DNA from: Clostridiales bacterium
GTDB taxonomy: Bacteria > Bacillota > Clostridia > Oscillospirales > Acutalibacteraceae
Length of the DNA stretch: 64,000 nt
NCBI GenBank assembly: GCA_022800315.1
Contig: JAAWQC010000007.1
Location: 6,907 to 70,906, forward strand
Reading direction: 5' to 3'
Shown one piece after another: positions 45,054-53,609 of this stretch (position 1 is the first letter of the stretch; every line of letters begins with the position of its first letter). A program made the position numbers and the translations under genes. Below the pieces are notes generated by a model that saw only the letters and a program-made list of their open reading frames with translations, was not told the origin of the DNA and ran no database searches.

Positions 45054-45315
45054 CCATATAATCGGATATTCATCCCTGATTTGAGACATTTGTAAACGAT
45101 GACCAGGTGCCATGTTATATAAATTTGCCTATTTTATTAAAAATAATTGCATTTTTCTATTTTATGTGATAGGGTTTATATAAATTTATACAACCTCTAT
45201 AACTAATAAGCCTTCTTGAAGAACGGAAAGGCTTGATCTTGTGAATGAGCGAGAAACCAACAGACAATATCCGGGTCTGTCCGTTTCCACTGTCACCTCC
45301 TCACAAACGGTAATG

Positions 45316-45362
45316 ACGCACTCCCTGCAGATGCCTGCGCATCTGCAGGGCGGTGCGTTTTT
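45316..45362 (+). terminator. Strong intrinsic terminator inside the 5' leader of the surface-protein gene (attenuator, or the end of a leader sRNA)
   Basis: ACGCAC-t-CCCTGCAGATG, loop cctgcg, CATCTGCAGGG-cg-GTGCGT, then TTTTT. It lies 110 nt upstream of ATG 45472 and downstream of an AT-rich promoter region. Confidence 0.65.
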
Positions 45363-45471
45363 GCATTCATCCGGCAGAGGAATCCGTTCACCCACCATTG
45401 CCGGCAAACGAAAACCGTACAGACAGCATCGGATTACATGCAGAAGCGATTGGGGTAAAGGGAGGCGTATT

Positions 45472-48400
45472 ATGAAAAAAGCATTGAGTTTCCTGTTGGC
45501 ATTTGTCCTGATAGTTTCCCTGCCGGGAGTCCCCCTATTGGCGGGTGCCGCAGCGGCGGCGCCTGCGGCGGACATCCTGAATGTGGACTTTACGAACGGC
45601 ACACCGGAAGACCGAACCGGCAAGCACACCCCGCAAACACAGGGCCAACCGATAATTAAAGCGGAACAGAGCCTGAGCGGGAAAACCGCGGCGACCTTCG
45701 ACGGAGCCTCTTCCTATTTTTACGATATGGCCGATGCCGATTACACCGCCACGGAAAGCTCGGTCACGATGGAATGTCTGTTCCGTTATCAGTATATACC
45801 CGAAAGCGGCGAGAGCGATGTGTTCTCCAACCAGCAGCGCGGCGGTATGGGAATCGGCATCGACGCCGGCAGATTGAACCTGTTTGTCAATGTGGGCGGA
45901 GCCTGGAAGCAGCCCGCCTGCAATATAGAGACAGGCCGATGGTATCACGTGGCCGGGACCTACGACGGCCGTACGGTTAAGCTCTATGTAAACGGTGAGC
46001 TGGCAGACAGCGTCGCCGCGCCGGGCATCATCCAGCCGCCCGAAACCGCCGCCCGGTTCTTCGTCATCGGCGGCGACAGCGGCAATCAGGTGGTGCAGTA
46101 CCATTCCCAAACCACCGTCAGCTTCGCCCGGCTTTACAGCCAGGCCCTTACCGCAGAGGATGCCGCGCTGCTGTCGGAAGAGGCGCTGAAGGCGGTGTCT
46201 CCGGTGGATTCCGGCGATATGCTGCTGAACGTGGATTTCGCGGACGGTACGGCGGCGGACACCGCGGGAGGCCGTCCTCCCCGCGCGCAGGGCGAACCGG
46301 TGATCGCCTCGCTGGACGAACTCAAAGGGCAGAAAGCGGCGGCTTTCGACGGCTCCTCCTCCTATTCCTACGACATGACCGCGGCGGATTATACCGCCAT
46401 GGAAACCACGGTGACGCTGGAATCCATGTTCCGATACGACGAACTGCCCTCCAGCGGGGAATTCGACATCTTTTCCAATCAGCAGTACGGCGGGATCGGG
46501 ATCGGCACCCTGGACGGCCGGCTGACCCTGTTTGCCAATGTGAACGGGACCTGGATACAGCCCGACTGCGAGATCGGCGCGGGAATCTGGTATCACGTCG
46601 TGGGTACCTACGACGGCAAAACAGCCCGGCTGTATATCAACGGCAGGCTGGCGGACAGCATCGAAGCCGCCGGCTCCCTTCAGCCGCCCGCAGTGGCGGC
46701 CCGATTCTTCGTCATCGGCGGCGACAGCGGCAACCAAACGGTGCAGTTTCAGTCCCGCTCCACCGTCAACTTCGCCCGCCTCTATAAAACGGTGCTCGGC
46801 GACGACGAGATCGCCGGCCTGAGCAACTGGGCGTTTGCCCAAACCGACGTGCCCGAGGACCCGCCCCAGCAGGTGAAGGTGGGCATCGTCGCCGCCGGAG
46901 CCATGGCTTCCGACGCCATGGTCAACGTCAACCTTCATATCGGCTCGGACATCGGCGGCTCCATCGACCAGGTTGCCTTTGACGTCCGGTACGACCCCGA
47001 ACGCCTTGAGTATAAGGGGCTTCAGCATCTCAGGACGGGCGCCTCCGTCAAGCAGAGCAGCCCCGGCATCCTCTCGGTCGCCTGCCGGGGAAAGCTGTCC
47101 GCCTCCTCCTTCCAGCAGTACGGCGATACACGGCTGGCGAAGCTGGATTTTGCCGTCCGACATGTGGACCAGGAGGTTCAGACCTCCCTGGAGATTGAAA
47201 ATATCCGGCTGTACGCACGGGGAGAACCGCTGGACAACGGATCCACCGCACAGGGAGCTGACCATGGGGTCACCCTCCTGCCCCAGGACCGGCTGGACCT
47301 CAACGGCGACGGGTTTATCGGTGCAGGCGATGTCGCTCTGGCCGACAGCGGCCTCCGCGAGGCCGCTGCGCAGGCAGCGTCCATCCATCCCTACAAGCAT
47401 GTACTCGTCCTGACCATGGACGGCGCCGGCCTCGTTTGGAATCCCGACGAAATGTACTATGCCTCTTCGGCCGGCGTCAATCCGGTCAAAACCAGCGACC
47501 CGGCAATCATGGCGCTTCGGAAAAATACCTACGCCATGGAGCTCATCAACCAACAGTTTGCGGTCAGTTACACCGCCTCGGCGGTAAATCCCCCGATTTC
47601 CGCCCAAAATTACAGCTCAATCCTCCACGGCGTTCCCTGGCAGCAGTTTCCCAGCGCGTACAGGGTGACCAACGACATCGCCGCCCGGCAGTATTTTGCG
47701 GATTTCGGGAAGGAAAGGGCGCTGTTTCCTTCTGTCTTTTCATCGCTGAGCAATCAGCTTCCCGGCCGGCCGCTAGCGGCCTTTGCAGAATGGACGCCTA
47801 TCCTCAACGGCATCATCGAGCCGGATATCCCCGTGTTCGGCAGTGTCAGCAGCGGAGGCCGCGCCTTTTACGATGTCGCGGACTATATCCGGGGCGATTC
47901 ATTCCAGGATACCCCCCTGATTTTCATGGAAAGCGACAAAATGGACTCTCTGGGCCACACCGTCGGCTACTATACCCCCTCCTATTGGTCCGGCCTGCAA
48001 TCGTATGACAGCTATTTCAAAGCGGTAATGGATGCATTGGAGGAAACCGGTCATGCCGACGACACCCTGATCATCACCAACGCTGACCACGGCGGCAGCG
48101 GCACCGGCCACAGCAATCCCGGCCTCTCCTCCCATATGAACGTCTTTATCGCCCTGGGAGGCCTGACGATAGACAGCGGCAGGCGCCTGAGCGGCGGAAC
48201 CAACGCGGACATCCCCGCTCTGATCCTGAACGGGCTGCGGATGGAAAAGCCTGCGGAAATGGCGGCGAGTTCGGTATTCGACCCTTCCGCATTCCTGTCC
48301 CAGGAGGAGCTGTCCCAAAAGAACCGCGATGTGGAAAACGTCGTCTTCCGAAGAAGCGGCAACCGAGCGTCCCTCACGCTGGATAACCCCAAAACCGATA

Positions 48401-49419
48401 CCCGTGCGGTGGATATGGTCATCGACCTCCACGGCAGCACGGTGGAATCCATTCTGACCGACGGCACCCTTCTGCGCCAGTCGGAGGAACAGGGACGGCT
48501 ACTTCTCACCATCGTCTACGACAGTCAGCCGGAAAATCTGGCGGTAGTGACCTTTGCTTCGGCGGCGGATAAAGTCGAACTGAGCGAAGTGATGCTGGGT
48601 GCGGCGGATGGCAGCGAGACCTATTGTAATCTGTCGACAGAGACCTCCTGCCCCGACGCCCTGCGGCAGGCGATCGAAGACGCCCGGGAGGCAATCGCCT
48701 CCGGCCTCTATCCGGATGGGGAAAACCAGCAGCTGCTTCAACAGGAGATCGACGCCTCCCGGAAGCTTATCGAACAGGCCGCATCCGACAGTGCCTATCA
48801 GACACAGCTCTCCGCTCTCCGCCTTGCGTTGGCCCGTCTCAAAGGGTTGGATACCGATACTCTCAGCGGGCGGATCACCGCGGCGGAGCAGCTTCATATG
48901 GAGGACTATCTGGACGGCGACGCCAAGGACCGTTTTCTCTCCGCCCTGGAGGAAGCTAAAAATGTATTGAAATCGGTCGAAAAAGAAGACGTAACCCAAC
49001 AACGAATCGACCAGACGGCGGCCGCCTTGGAAACAGCGCAGCGGGAGCTGGTCGCCAAACCGGATAAATCGGCTTTGCAGGAACTGCTGGAAAAAGCCCG
49101 TCAAATCGACCTTACCGCCTATACCGAAAAGAGCGGGGCGGAACTGGCGGCAGCGATTGGGGAAGCGGCAGCCCTGTACGCCGATCTCCAGGCCGACGCC
49201 CGGCAGGTCGCTCAGGCAGAAGCCCGGCTGTCAGAGGCAATCGCGTCCCTGATTCCCATCGGTTCTGTTGCGGAATCCACCAAAGGAACCCCCTCCGCAA
49301 CCGGCCCGGGCGCGATTCCCGCTACAGGGGACAGCGGCGGCGCGGCGATGGTCCTCCTCGCCGTCGGCGCCCTGCTGACTCTCGCCGCCCGGAAGCGGAC
49401 GTCCACAAAGGCCAACTGA
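45472..49419 (+). CDS. 1315-aa sortase-anchored surface protein: signal peptide, 2x LamG-like, cohesin-like, one Ca-loop (dockerin/EF-hand-like), alkaline-phosphatase-superfamily (type I phosphodiesterase/NPP-like) domain, helical FIVAR-like repeats, IPATG anchor
   Basis: ATG 45472 after AAAGGGAGG with signal peptide MKKALSFLLAFVLIVSLPGVPLLAGA. DLNGDGFIGAGDV, LTMDGAG, MDSLGHTVG and NADHGGSGTGHS metal-site motifs. C-terminal IPATGD, hydrophobic stretch, RKRTSTK. Confidence 0.8.
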   Translation: MKKALSFLLAFVLIVSLPGVPLLAGAAAAAPAADILNVDFTNGTPEDRTGKHTPQTQGQPIIKAEQSLSGKTAATFDGASSYFYDMADADYTATESSVTMECLFRYQYIPESGESDVFSNQQRGGMGIGIDAGRLNLFVNVGGAWKQPACNIETGRWYHVAGTYDGRTVKLYVNGELADSVAAPGIIQPPETAARFFVIGGDSGNQVVQYHSQTTVSFARLYSQALTAEDAALLSEEALKAVSPVDSGDMLLNVDFADGTAADTAGGRPPRAQGEPVIASLDELKGQKAAAFDGSSSYSYDMTAADYTAMETTVTLESMFRYDELPSSGEFDIFSNQQYGGIGIGTLDGRLTLFANVNGTWIQPDCEIGAGIWYHVVGTYDGKTARLYINGRLADSIEAAGSLQPPAVAARFFVIGGDSGNQTVQFQSRSTVNFARLYKTVLGDDEIAGLSNWAFAQTDVPEDPPQQVKVGIVAAGAMASDAMVNVNLHIGSDIGGSIDQVAFDVRYDPERLEYKGLQHLRTGASVKQSSPGILSVACRGKLSASSFQQYGDTRLAKLDFAVRHVDQEVQTSLEIENIRLYARGEPLDNGSTAQGADHGVTLLPQDRLDLNGDGFIGAGDVALADSGLREAAAQAASIHPYKHVLVLTMDGAGLVWNPDEMYYASSAGVNPVKTSDPAIMALRKNTYAMELINQQFAVSYTASAVNPPISAQNYSSILHGVPWQQFPSAYRVTNDIAARQYFADFGKERALFPSVFSSLSNQLPGRPLAAFAEWTPILNGIIEPDIPVFGSVSSGGRAFYDVADYIRGDSFQDTPLIFMESDKMDSLGHTVGYYTPSYWSGLQSYDSYFKAVMDALEETGHADDTLIITNADHGGSGTGHSNPGLSSHMNVFIALGGLTIDSGRRLSGGTNADIPALILNGLRMEKPAEMAASSVFDPSAFLSQEELSQKNRDVENVVFRRSGNRASLTLDNPKTDTRAVDMVIDLHGSTVESILTDGTLLRQSEEQGRLLLTIVYDSQPENLAVVTFASAADKVELSEVMLGAADGSETYCNLSTETSCPDALRQAIEDAREAIASGLYPDGENQQLLQQEIDASRKLIEQAASDSAYQTQLSALRLALARLKGLDTDTLSGRITAAEQLHMEDYLDGDAKDRFLSALEEAKNVLKSVEKEDVTQQRIDQTAAALETAQRELVAKPDKSALQELLEKARQIDLTAYTEKSGAELAAAIGEAAALYADLQADARQVAQAEARLSEAIASLIPIGSVAESTKGTPSATGPGAIPATGDSGGAAMVLLAVGALLTLAARKRTSTKAN
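45571..46191 (+). repeat. LamG-like module, tandem copy 1 (intragenic duplication, period 645 nt)
   Basis: ADILNVDF...WYHVAGTYDGRTVKLYVNGELADS...ARFFVIGGDSGNQVVQYHSQTTVSFARLY. Roughly half the residues are identical to copy 2, with identical nucleotide runs such as TTCTTCGTCATCGGCGGCGACAGCGGCAA. Confidence 0.85.
46216..46836 (+). repeat. LamG-like module, tandem copy 2
   Basis: DMLLNVDF...WYHVVGTYDGKTARLYINGRLADS...ARFFVIGGDSGNQTVQFQSRSTVNFARLY. Confidence 0.85.
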
Positions 49420-49425
49420 CCCACC

Positions 49426-49479
49426 GGCTATACACAAGAAGGACCCGACGAAACCGTCGGGTCCTTCTTGTGTATAGCC
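49426..49479. terminator. 25-bp perfect inverted repeat between convergent genes (bidirectional terminator-like hairpin)
   Basis: GGCTATACACAAGAAGGACCCGACG, loop aaac, CGTCGGGTCCTTCTTGTGTATAGCC. The flanking U-tracts are weak. Confidence 0.6.
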
Positions 49480-49481
49480 GC

Positions 49482-50423
49482 CTACCTTTCTTCGAGCTGG
49501 ATATTGCCCATACTGGCGCTTCCCGAAATCCGGTACGGGCCGCCGCCGTTCAGCCTGCCTTCCAGGGTGCCGTCCCGGTCTTCACCGGCGAATCGAGAGC
49601 CGAAGTCCTGGTCCGCGTTTCCCATGGAAGCGGAGAGGGATACCTCCGCCGCCGTATCGGAGGGAAGTTCCAGGGTCACACTGCCCATGCTGACGTCACA
49701 GCTGATGTCGCCGCCCAGCCGGTCAAAGGTCAGCTCCGCACCGCCGGTGCTGACATCGATCGAGGCTCCGCCGGTCAGCCCGGCCAGCTCCGCCGCGCCG
49801 ATACCTACCGACAGTTTCACCTGGACGGCGTCCAGCTTTTCCGCCTCGATATGCCCGGCCGACACACTCAGGTCGGCTTTATCGGTTTTGACCGATCCCA
49901 TCAGGCATTCGCCCGCGCCCACGTCCACCTTCATGCTGCTGAAGGTGTGCTGATCCCGCAGAGTCAGGGTACCGGCGCCGACCTCAGCGTCCAGCTCACC
50001 GCTGTAATCTCGGGGCAGGTCGATGACCACCCTCACGAGGCGGAAATCGCGAAAAAAATTCCACAGATGAATGGTCTGATCCAGCGTCTTGACGGTCAGT
50101 GTCCCCCCCGACTCGGACAGGCTCACCGGGGACTTCCCCTCCACGGGCCGGTTGGACGTGTAGCTCAACCCGATGTCGGAGCGGTCCGACCGCTGTACGA
50201 TCAGTTCTGCAGCCCCCACGTCCAGCTTGATTTTCTTCAGTCCGTCGGCTGATGCCGTCTGATCCGGCCCCTGATGGCTCAGCTGGCCTTCGGACTGCCA
50301 GAACAGTTCCTCCAGCGTGTTGATACCGTCCTCCATGCCCACCGCCGTCAGGGTGATCCCCACCGCCATGGCGATACAGAAAACAGCTGTCGCGACGATG
50401 GCGATTATTTTCATTGCTTTCAT
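49482..50423 (-). CDS. DUF4097 (putative adhesin / LiaG-like beta-strand repeat) protein with an N-terminal TM
   Basis: 313 aa with repeated beta-strand units (GAGELTFDRLGGDISCDVSMGSVTLELPSD...). GGGGAGGAA RBS. Confidence 0.7.
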   Translation of the reverse strand: MKAMKIIAIVATAVFCIAMAVGITLTAVGMEDGINTLEELFWQSEGQLSHQGPDQTASADGLKKIKLDVGAAELIVQRSDRSDIGLSYTSNRPVEGKSPVSLSESGGTLTVKTLDQTIHLWNFFRDFRLVRVVIDLPRDYSGELDAEVGAGTLTLRDQHTFSSMKVDVGAGECLMGSVKTDKADLSVSAGHIEAEKLDAVQVKLSVGIGAAELAGLTGGASIDVSTGGAELTFDRLGGDISCDVSMGSVTLELPSDTAAEVSLSASMGNADQDFGSRFAGEDRDGTLEGRLNGGGPYRISGSASMGNIQLEER

Positions 50424-50442
50424 AGCCTATTCCTCCCCTCGA

Positions 50443-51186
50443 TCAAGACGGCCAGCGTCCTTCGCGGCAGATACGTTCACAAAAACGGATATATTTGGTC
50501 AGCCCGATGACGCATACGCGGATGAGCGCCGCCACCGCCACCCCCAGCAGTACGCTGAGAGCCAGCACCGCCACCCCGCCGCAGATCACCGTGCCGCCAG
50601 CTGCAGGGGAAAGACCAAAGGCCGCGGCGGAGAAGATAAACAACGCCACCGCGCACACCAACAGGCCGACAGCCGCCATAGCGATGCCGAACAGGCCCAT
50701 CATCACGCCGAAAAAGAGCGGCGTGCCGATCATGATATTGAACAGGACCACCAGCACCACCGCCAGCGCCTGATTGGAGGCCCCTGCCTGCCGGGGCTGG
50801 TTGACGGGATAAGCATAGGCCGTCCCCTGCGGAGGGACCGGCGGCGGAGGGGGCGCGGTCCCCACACCCGGCGCCGGTTCCGGCTGCGGGTACCCGTTTG
50901 CATCGAGCGGTACCGGGGGGATCGGAGGGATGGGCGGGATCGGGGGCGTTGCCGGCCCTGTGCCGGCCGCGGTGTCCTCCCGGAGCGGTGTTTCCCGTCC
51001 GTCCAGATAGGAGCGGGACAGCTCCGCCGGGTCTCCCAGCCCCTCCGCGATTTCCTCCCCGGTTTTTCCCTGTTCCTCGCCCGCGCGGAAATGTTCCATA
51101 TAATCGCCGAGGATATCGATGCGCTCGTTAGCCGGCAAGGGCTCCAGCGCCCGCTCCATGGCAAGCAAAAATTCGTCTTTCGTCAT
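50443..51186 (-). CDS. DUF1700 (HAAS-type) membrane protein with a proline-rich linker
   Basis: MTKDEFLLAMERALEPLPANERIDILGDYMEHFRAGEEQGKTGEEIAEGLGDP is the DUF1700 N-domain. Then a PIPPIPPIPPVP linker and C-terminal TMs. Confidence 0.75.
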   Translation of the reverse strand: MTKDEFLLAMERALEPLPANERIDILGDYMEHFRAGEEQGKTGEEIAEGLGDPAELSRSYLDGRETPLREDTAAGTGPATPPIPPIPPIPPVPLDANGYPQPEPAPGVGTAPPPPPVPPQGTAYAYPVNQPRQAGASNQALAVVLVVLFNIMIGTPLFFGVMMGLFGIAMAAVGLLVCAVALFIFSAAAFGLSPAAGGTVICGGVAVLALSVLLGVAVAALIRVCVIGLTKYIRFCERICREGRWPS

Positions 51187-51250
51187 GGTATCAACCCTTC
51201 CTTTCGCCGGGACGGCAGATTTCGGTCACGACCGGTGCCTGAGCACTGTC

Positions 51251-51610
51251 TCATGCCGTCTCCCCCTCCTCTATACCGTGCCCGCTGTGTCCACTGCCGG
51301 CCCCCACTGTTATCAGGTCGTTGACCTGCCGCTGGAAACGGGCCCATTCCTCCCGCAGGAGGGCGGCGAATTCCCTGCCGTGGTTGGTCAGCGTATAGTA
51401 TTTGCGGGGCGGCCCGCCGCTGGACTCCTCCAGATAGGACGATACATACCCATCAACCTTCAGCCGCCTCAGGATGGGGTACACGGTGCCGTCGGACACC
51501 TCCAGCTCGACCGAAAATGTCTGTGCGATTTCGTAGCCGTAGCAATCACCTTTTTCAAGCAGGGACAGCACACACATCTCCAGGACGCCCTTCTTGAACT
51601 GTATATTCAA
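51251..51610 (-). CDS. PadR family transcriptional regulator
   Basis: VLEMCVLSLLEKGDCYGYEIAQTF...SDGTVYPILRRLKVDGYVSSY. Start reassigned to TTG 51610, which lies 8 nt after AAAGGAGG; the track ATG 51637 would put that RBS inside the ORF. Confidence 0.8.
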   Translation of the reverse strand: MNIQFKKGVLEMCVLSLLEKGDCYGYEIAQTFSVELEVSDGTVYPILRRLKVDGYVSSYLEESSGGPPRKYYTLTNHGREFAALLREEWARFQRQVNDLITVGAGSGHSGHGIEEGETA

Positions 51611-51763
51611 GTACACAGCCTCCTTTCTATCAACCATCGTCCACTACTGTTTATTGTACAATAGTGAGTATAGCCTGATACAGAGGGACTGTCAACCCGT
51701 CTTCCCGCTCTTTTATCATTCCTTCGCATTTTCTTAAGAATTCATCCGGCGGGGTGTCAGACA

Positions 51764-51796
51764 AAAAAGGAGGCGGACAATGTCCGCCTCCTTTTT
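51764..51796 (-). terminator. Intrinsic terminator of maa (minus strand)
   Basis: AAAAAGGAGGCGGACA / TGTCCGCCTCCTTTTT hairpin, with a T-run on the minus strand immediately after the maa stop. Confidence 0.8.
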
Positions 51797-51799
51797 ACT

Positions 51800-52390
51800 T
51801 TATCGTTCAGTGGGCGGCGTTTCAAAGGGATGATCCTGATCGATCTCACGTATCGCCCGTGCCGGATTGCCCGCGATGACCACGTCAGGCCCGAAGCTCT
51901 TGGTGACCACCGCCCCCGCGCCGACCACCACGTTGTCCCCCAGGGTGACGCCGGGGCAGATGATCGCGCCGCCGCCGATCCAGACATTGTTCCCGATGGT
52001 GATAGGCCGGCCGAACTCCCAGCCCGAGTTGCGGGTCGCCGCATCCAGTGGATGGCCGGCGGTGAACAGGCTCACCCGCGGTCCAAACATACAGTTGTCC
52101 CCTATTCGCACCTCACAGGTGTCCAGTATCACGCAGTCGAAATTGGCGTAAAAATTCTCCCCCACGTACACATTGCCGCCGTAATCGCAGGTAAAGGGCG
52201 TTTCGATAAAAAGCGTCTTTCCCCGCGCGCCCAGCAGCTCACGCAGCAGGGCGTCCCGTTCGGACTCCTGCTCCTCGGTGGTGGCGTTATACGCGCGGAC
52301 CAGCCGGCGGGCGCGCCGGCGCTCTGCCGTCAGTTCCGGGTCGGCGCTGAAATACAGCTGGGCGGCCAGCATCCGTTCCTTCTGGTTCAT
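51800..52390 (-). CDS. maa: Maltose/galactoside O-acetyltransferase (LbH)
   Basis: MNQKERMLAAQLYFSADPELTAERRRARRLVRAYN (Mac N-domain), then hexapeptide repeats and GHPLDA. Confidence 0.85.
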   Translation of the reverse strand: MNQKERMLAAQLYFSADPELTAERRRARRLVRAYNATTEEQESERDALLRELLGARGKTLFIETPFTCDYGGNVYVGENFYANFDCVILDTCEVRIGDNCMFGPRVSLFTAGHPLDAATRNSGWEFGRPITIGNNVWIGGGAIICPGVTLGDNVVVGAGAVVTKSFGPDVVIAGNPARAIREIDQDHPFETPPTER

Positions 52391-52517
52391 CGGTCATTCT
52401 CCTTTAATACCGGATAAATAAACACGGCCGTGCCGTGCGCCTGTTCCTACTATGCCACAGGGCGGATCAAAAGGCAAGGGCGGCGGGCGGGAAAGTTAAT
52501 GGAAGTATAAAACAGGC

Positions 52518-52548
52518 TTAACATTCGCCTAACATGCCGGATTTAACA
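52518..52548 (+). promoter_or_regulatory. Pho-box-like direct repeats upstream of pstS
   Basis: TTAACA (52518), CTAACA (52529, 11-bp spacing), TTAACA (52543). The Bacillus PhoP consensus is TT(A/T/C)ACA repeats with ~11-bp phasing. PhoP/PhoR are encoded downstream. Confidence 0.5.
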
Positions 52549-52595
52549 TAACGAGCGTAGAAAGAAAAAATGAAGAAAAAAGGATGGTCCTACAG

Positions 52596-53465
52596 ATGAA
52601 AAAGATCCTGACTGCCGCTGTCGCGGCCCTGATGGCATCGGTGCTGCTGGCGGGCTGCTCCGCCGGAGAAGTGGGCGGCACCACCTCCACCCCCGGCACG
52701 GATGGTTCCATGAGCTCCTCCGACGAGCTCAAAGGCAAGCTCGTTTTCGCCGGTTCCAGCTCCATGACCGACATCAACAACGCCCTGACCGAAGCCTTCA
52801 AGAAGAAGAACCCCGGCGTGACGGTAGAGGTCGAAGGCAAGGGCTCGGGCACCGCTATCCCGGCGCTGGCCGACGGCACCGCCCAGATCGGATCCCTCTC
52901 CCGCGATGTGAAGGCGGAGGAAAACGCCGAGGGTAAATACACGGCGGTTACCATCGCCCTGGACGGAATCGCCATCGTGGTCAATCCCGCCAACGGGGTG
53001 GCCGACCTGACAAAAGAACAGATCGCCGGTATCTTTACTGGTGAGATCACCAACTGGAACCAGGTCGGCGGCGACGACGGGGCCATCATGGTCCTGGGCC
53101 GCGAGGAAGGCTCGGGTACGCGGGATGGCTTTGAGGAAATCGTCGGTGTCAAGGGCAAATGCCAGTATAACTCCCTGTACGGCGAGACCGGCGACGTGGT
53201 GAGCAAGGTCGCCTCCGAAAAGGCCGCCATCGGCTATGTCTCCTACGCTTCGGTCAAGGACAGCATCAAAGCGGTGAAAGTCGGCGGTGTTTCCGCCTCC
53301 GAGTCCACTATCGCGGACAAGAGCTACGTCATCCAGCGGCCTTTCGTCTACACCTACCTGAAAAACACCGAGGACGAGGTCATCAAAGCCTACATGGAAT
53401 TTGTCAAGAGCAGCGAAGGCCAGAGCCTCATCAAGGCCGACAAGCTGGTTCCCCAGTCCTTCTGA
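52596..53465 (+). CDS. pstS: Phosphate ABC transporter substrate-binding lipoprotein
   Basis: MKKILTAAVAALMASVLLAGCS lipobox, then GSSSMTD, GSGTAIPALADGTAQIG and the EGSGTRDGFEE PstS family core. Confidence 0.9.
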   Translation: MKKILTAAVAALMASVLLAGCSAGEVGGTTSTPGTDGSMSSSDELKGKLVFAGSSSMTDINNALTEAFKKKNPGVTVEVEGKGSGTAIPALADGTAQIGSLSRDVKAEENAEGKYTAVTIALDGIAIVVNPANGVADLTKEQIAGIFTGEITNWNQVGGDDGAIMVLGREEGSGTRDGFEEIVGVKGKCQYNSLYGETGDVVSKVASEKAAIGYVSYASVKDSIKAVKVGGVSASESTIADKSYVIQRPFVYTYLKNTEDEVIKAYMEFVKSSEGQSLIKADKLVPQSF

Positions 53466-53493
53466 ACATACGACCTCTTCACTCCCTCTCCCA

Positions 53494-53540
53494 AGGTTCC
53501 TGAGCGGGTCTCCCCTGTGGGGATTCCCGCCTGGGAACCT
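53494..53540 (+). other. Intercistronic nested hairpin between pstS and pstC
   Basis: AGGTTCC/GGAACCT enclosing GCGGG/CCCGC and TCCCC-tgt-GGGGA. There is no clear U-tract, so it may be a partial terminator or an mRNA-stabilising element. Confidence 0.3.
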
Positions 53541-53609
53541 ATTTGAGGATACGGCCCCCGGCGGGAATAACGGTCCGCGGGGAGCACGGAACCGGAAAGG
53601 TTTGACTAT

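Noticed and set aside
45195-45362. A c-di-GMP riboswitch (GEMM-I or GEMM-II) in the surface-protein leader.
   Set aside because: I could not locate the conserved GEMM-I elements (GGCAAACC, ACGCAAAGCC, GGGUUACCGA) or the GEMM-II element (GCAACCGACC). Only the terminator is clear. The element is kept as an unclassified leader finding.
45241-45471. N-terminally extended versions of several track ORFs: 45241, 34439, 33369, 31959 (-), 10519, 39209, 43551, 57448, 61310, 2495 (-), 23082 (-).
   Set aside because: In each case a downstream start has a proper RBS or stop-start overlap, and the conserved family N-terminus or signal peptide begins there. The upstream extensions are unconserved, often basic, and cross terminators or promoters.
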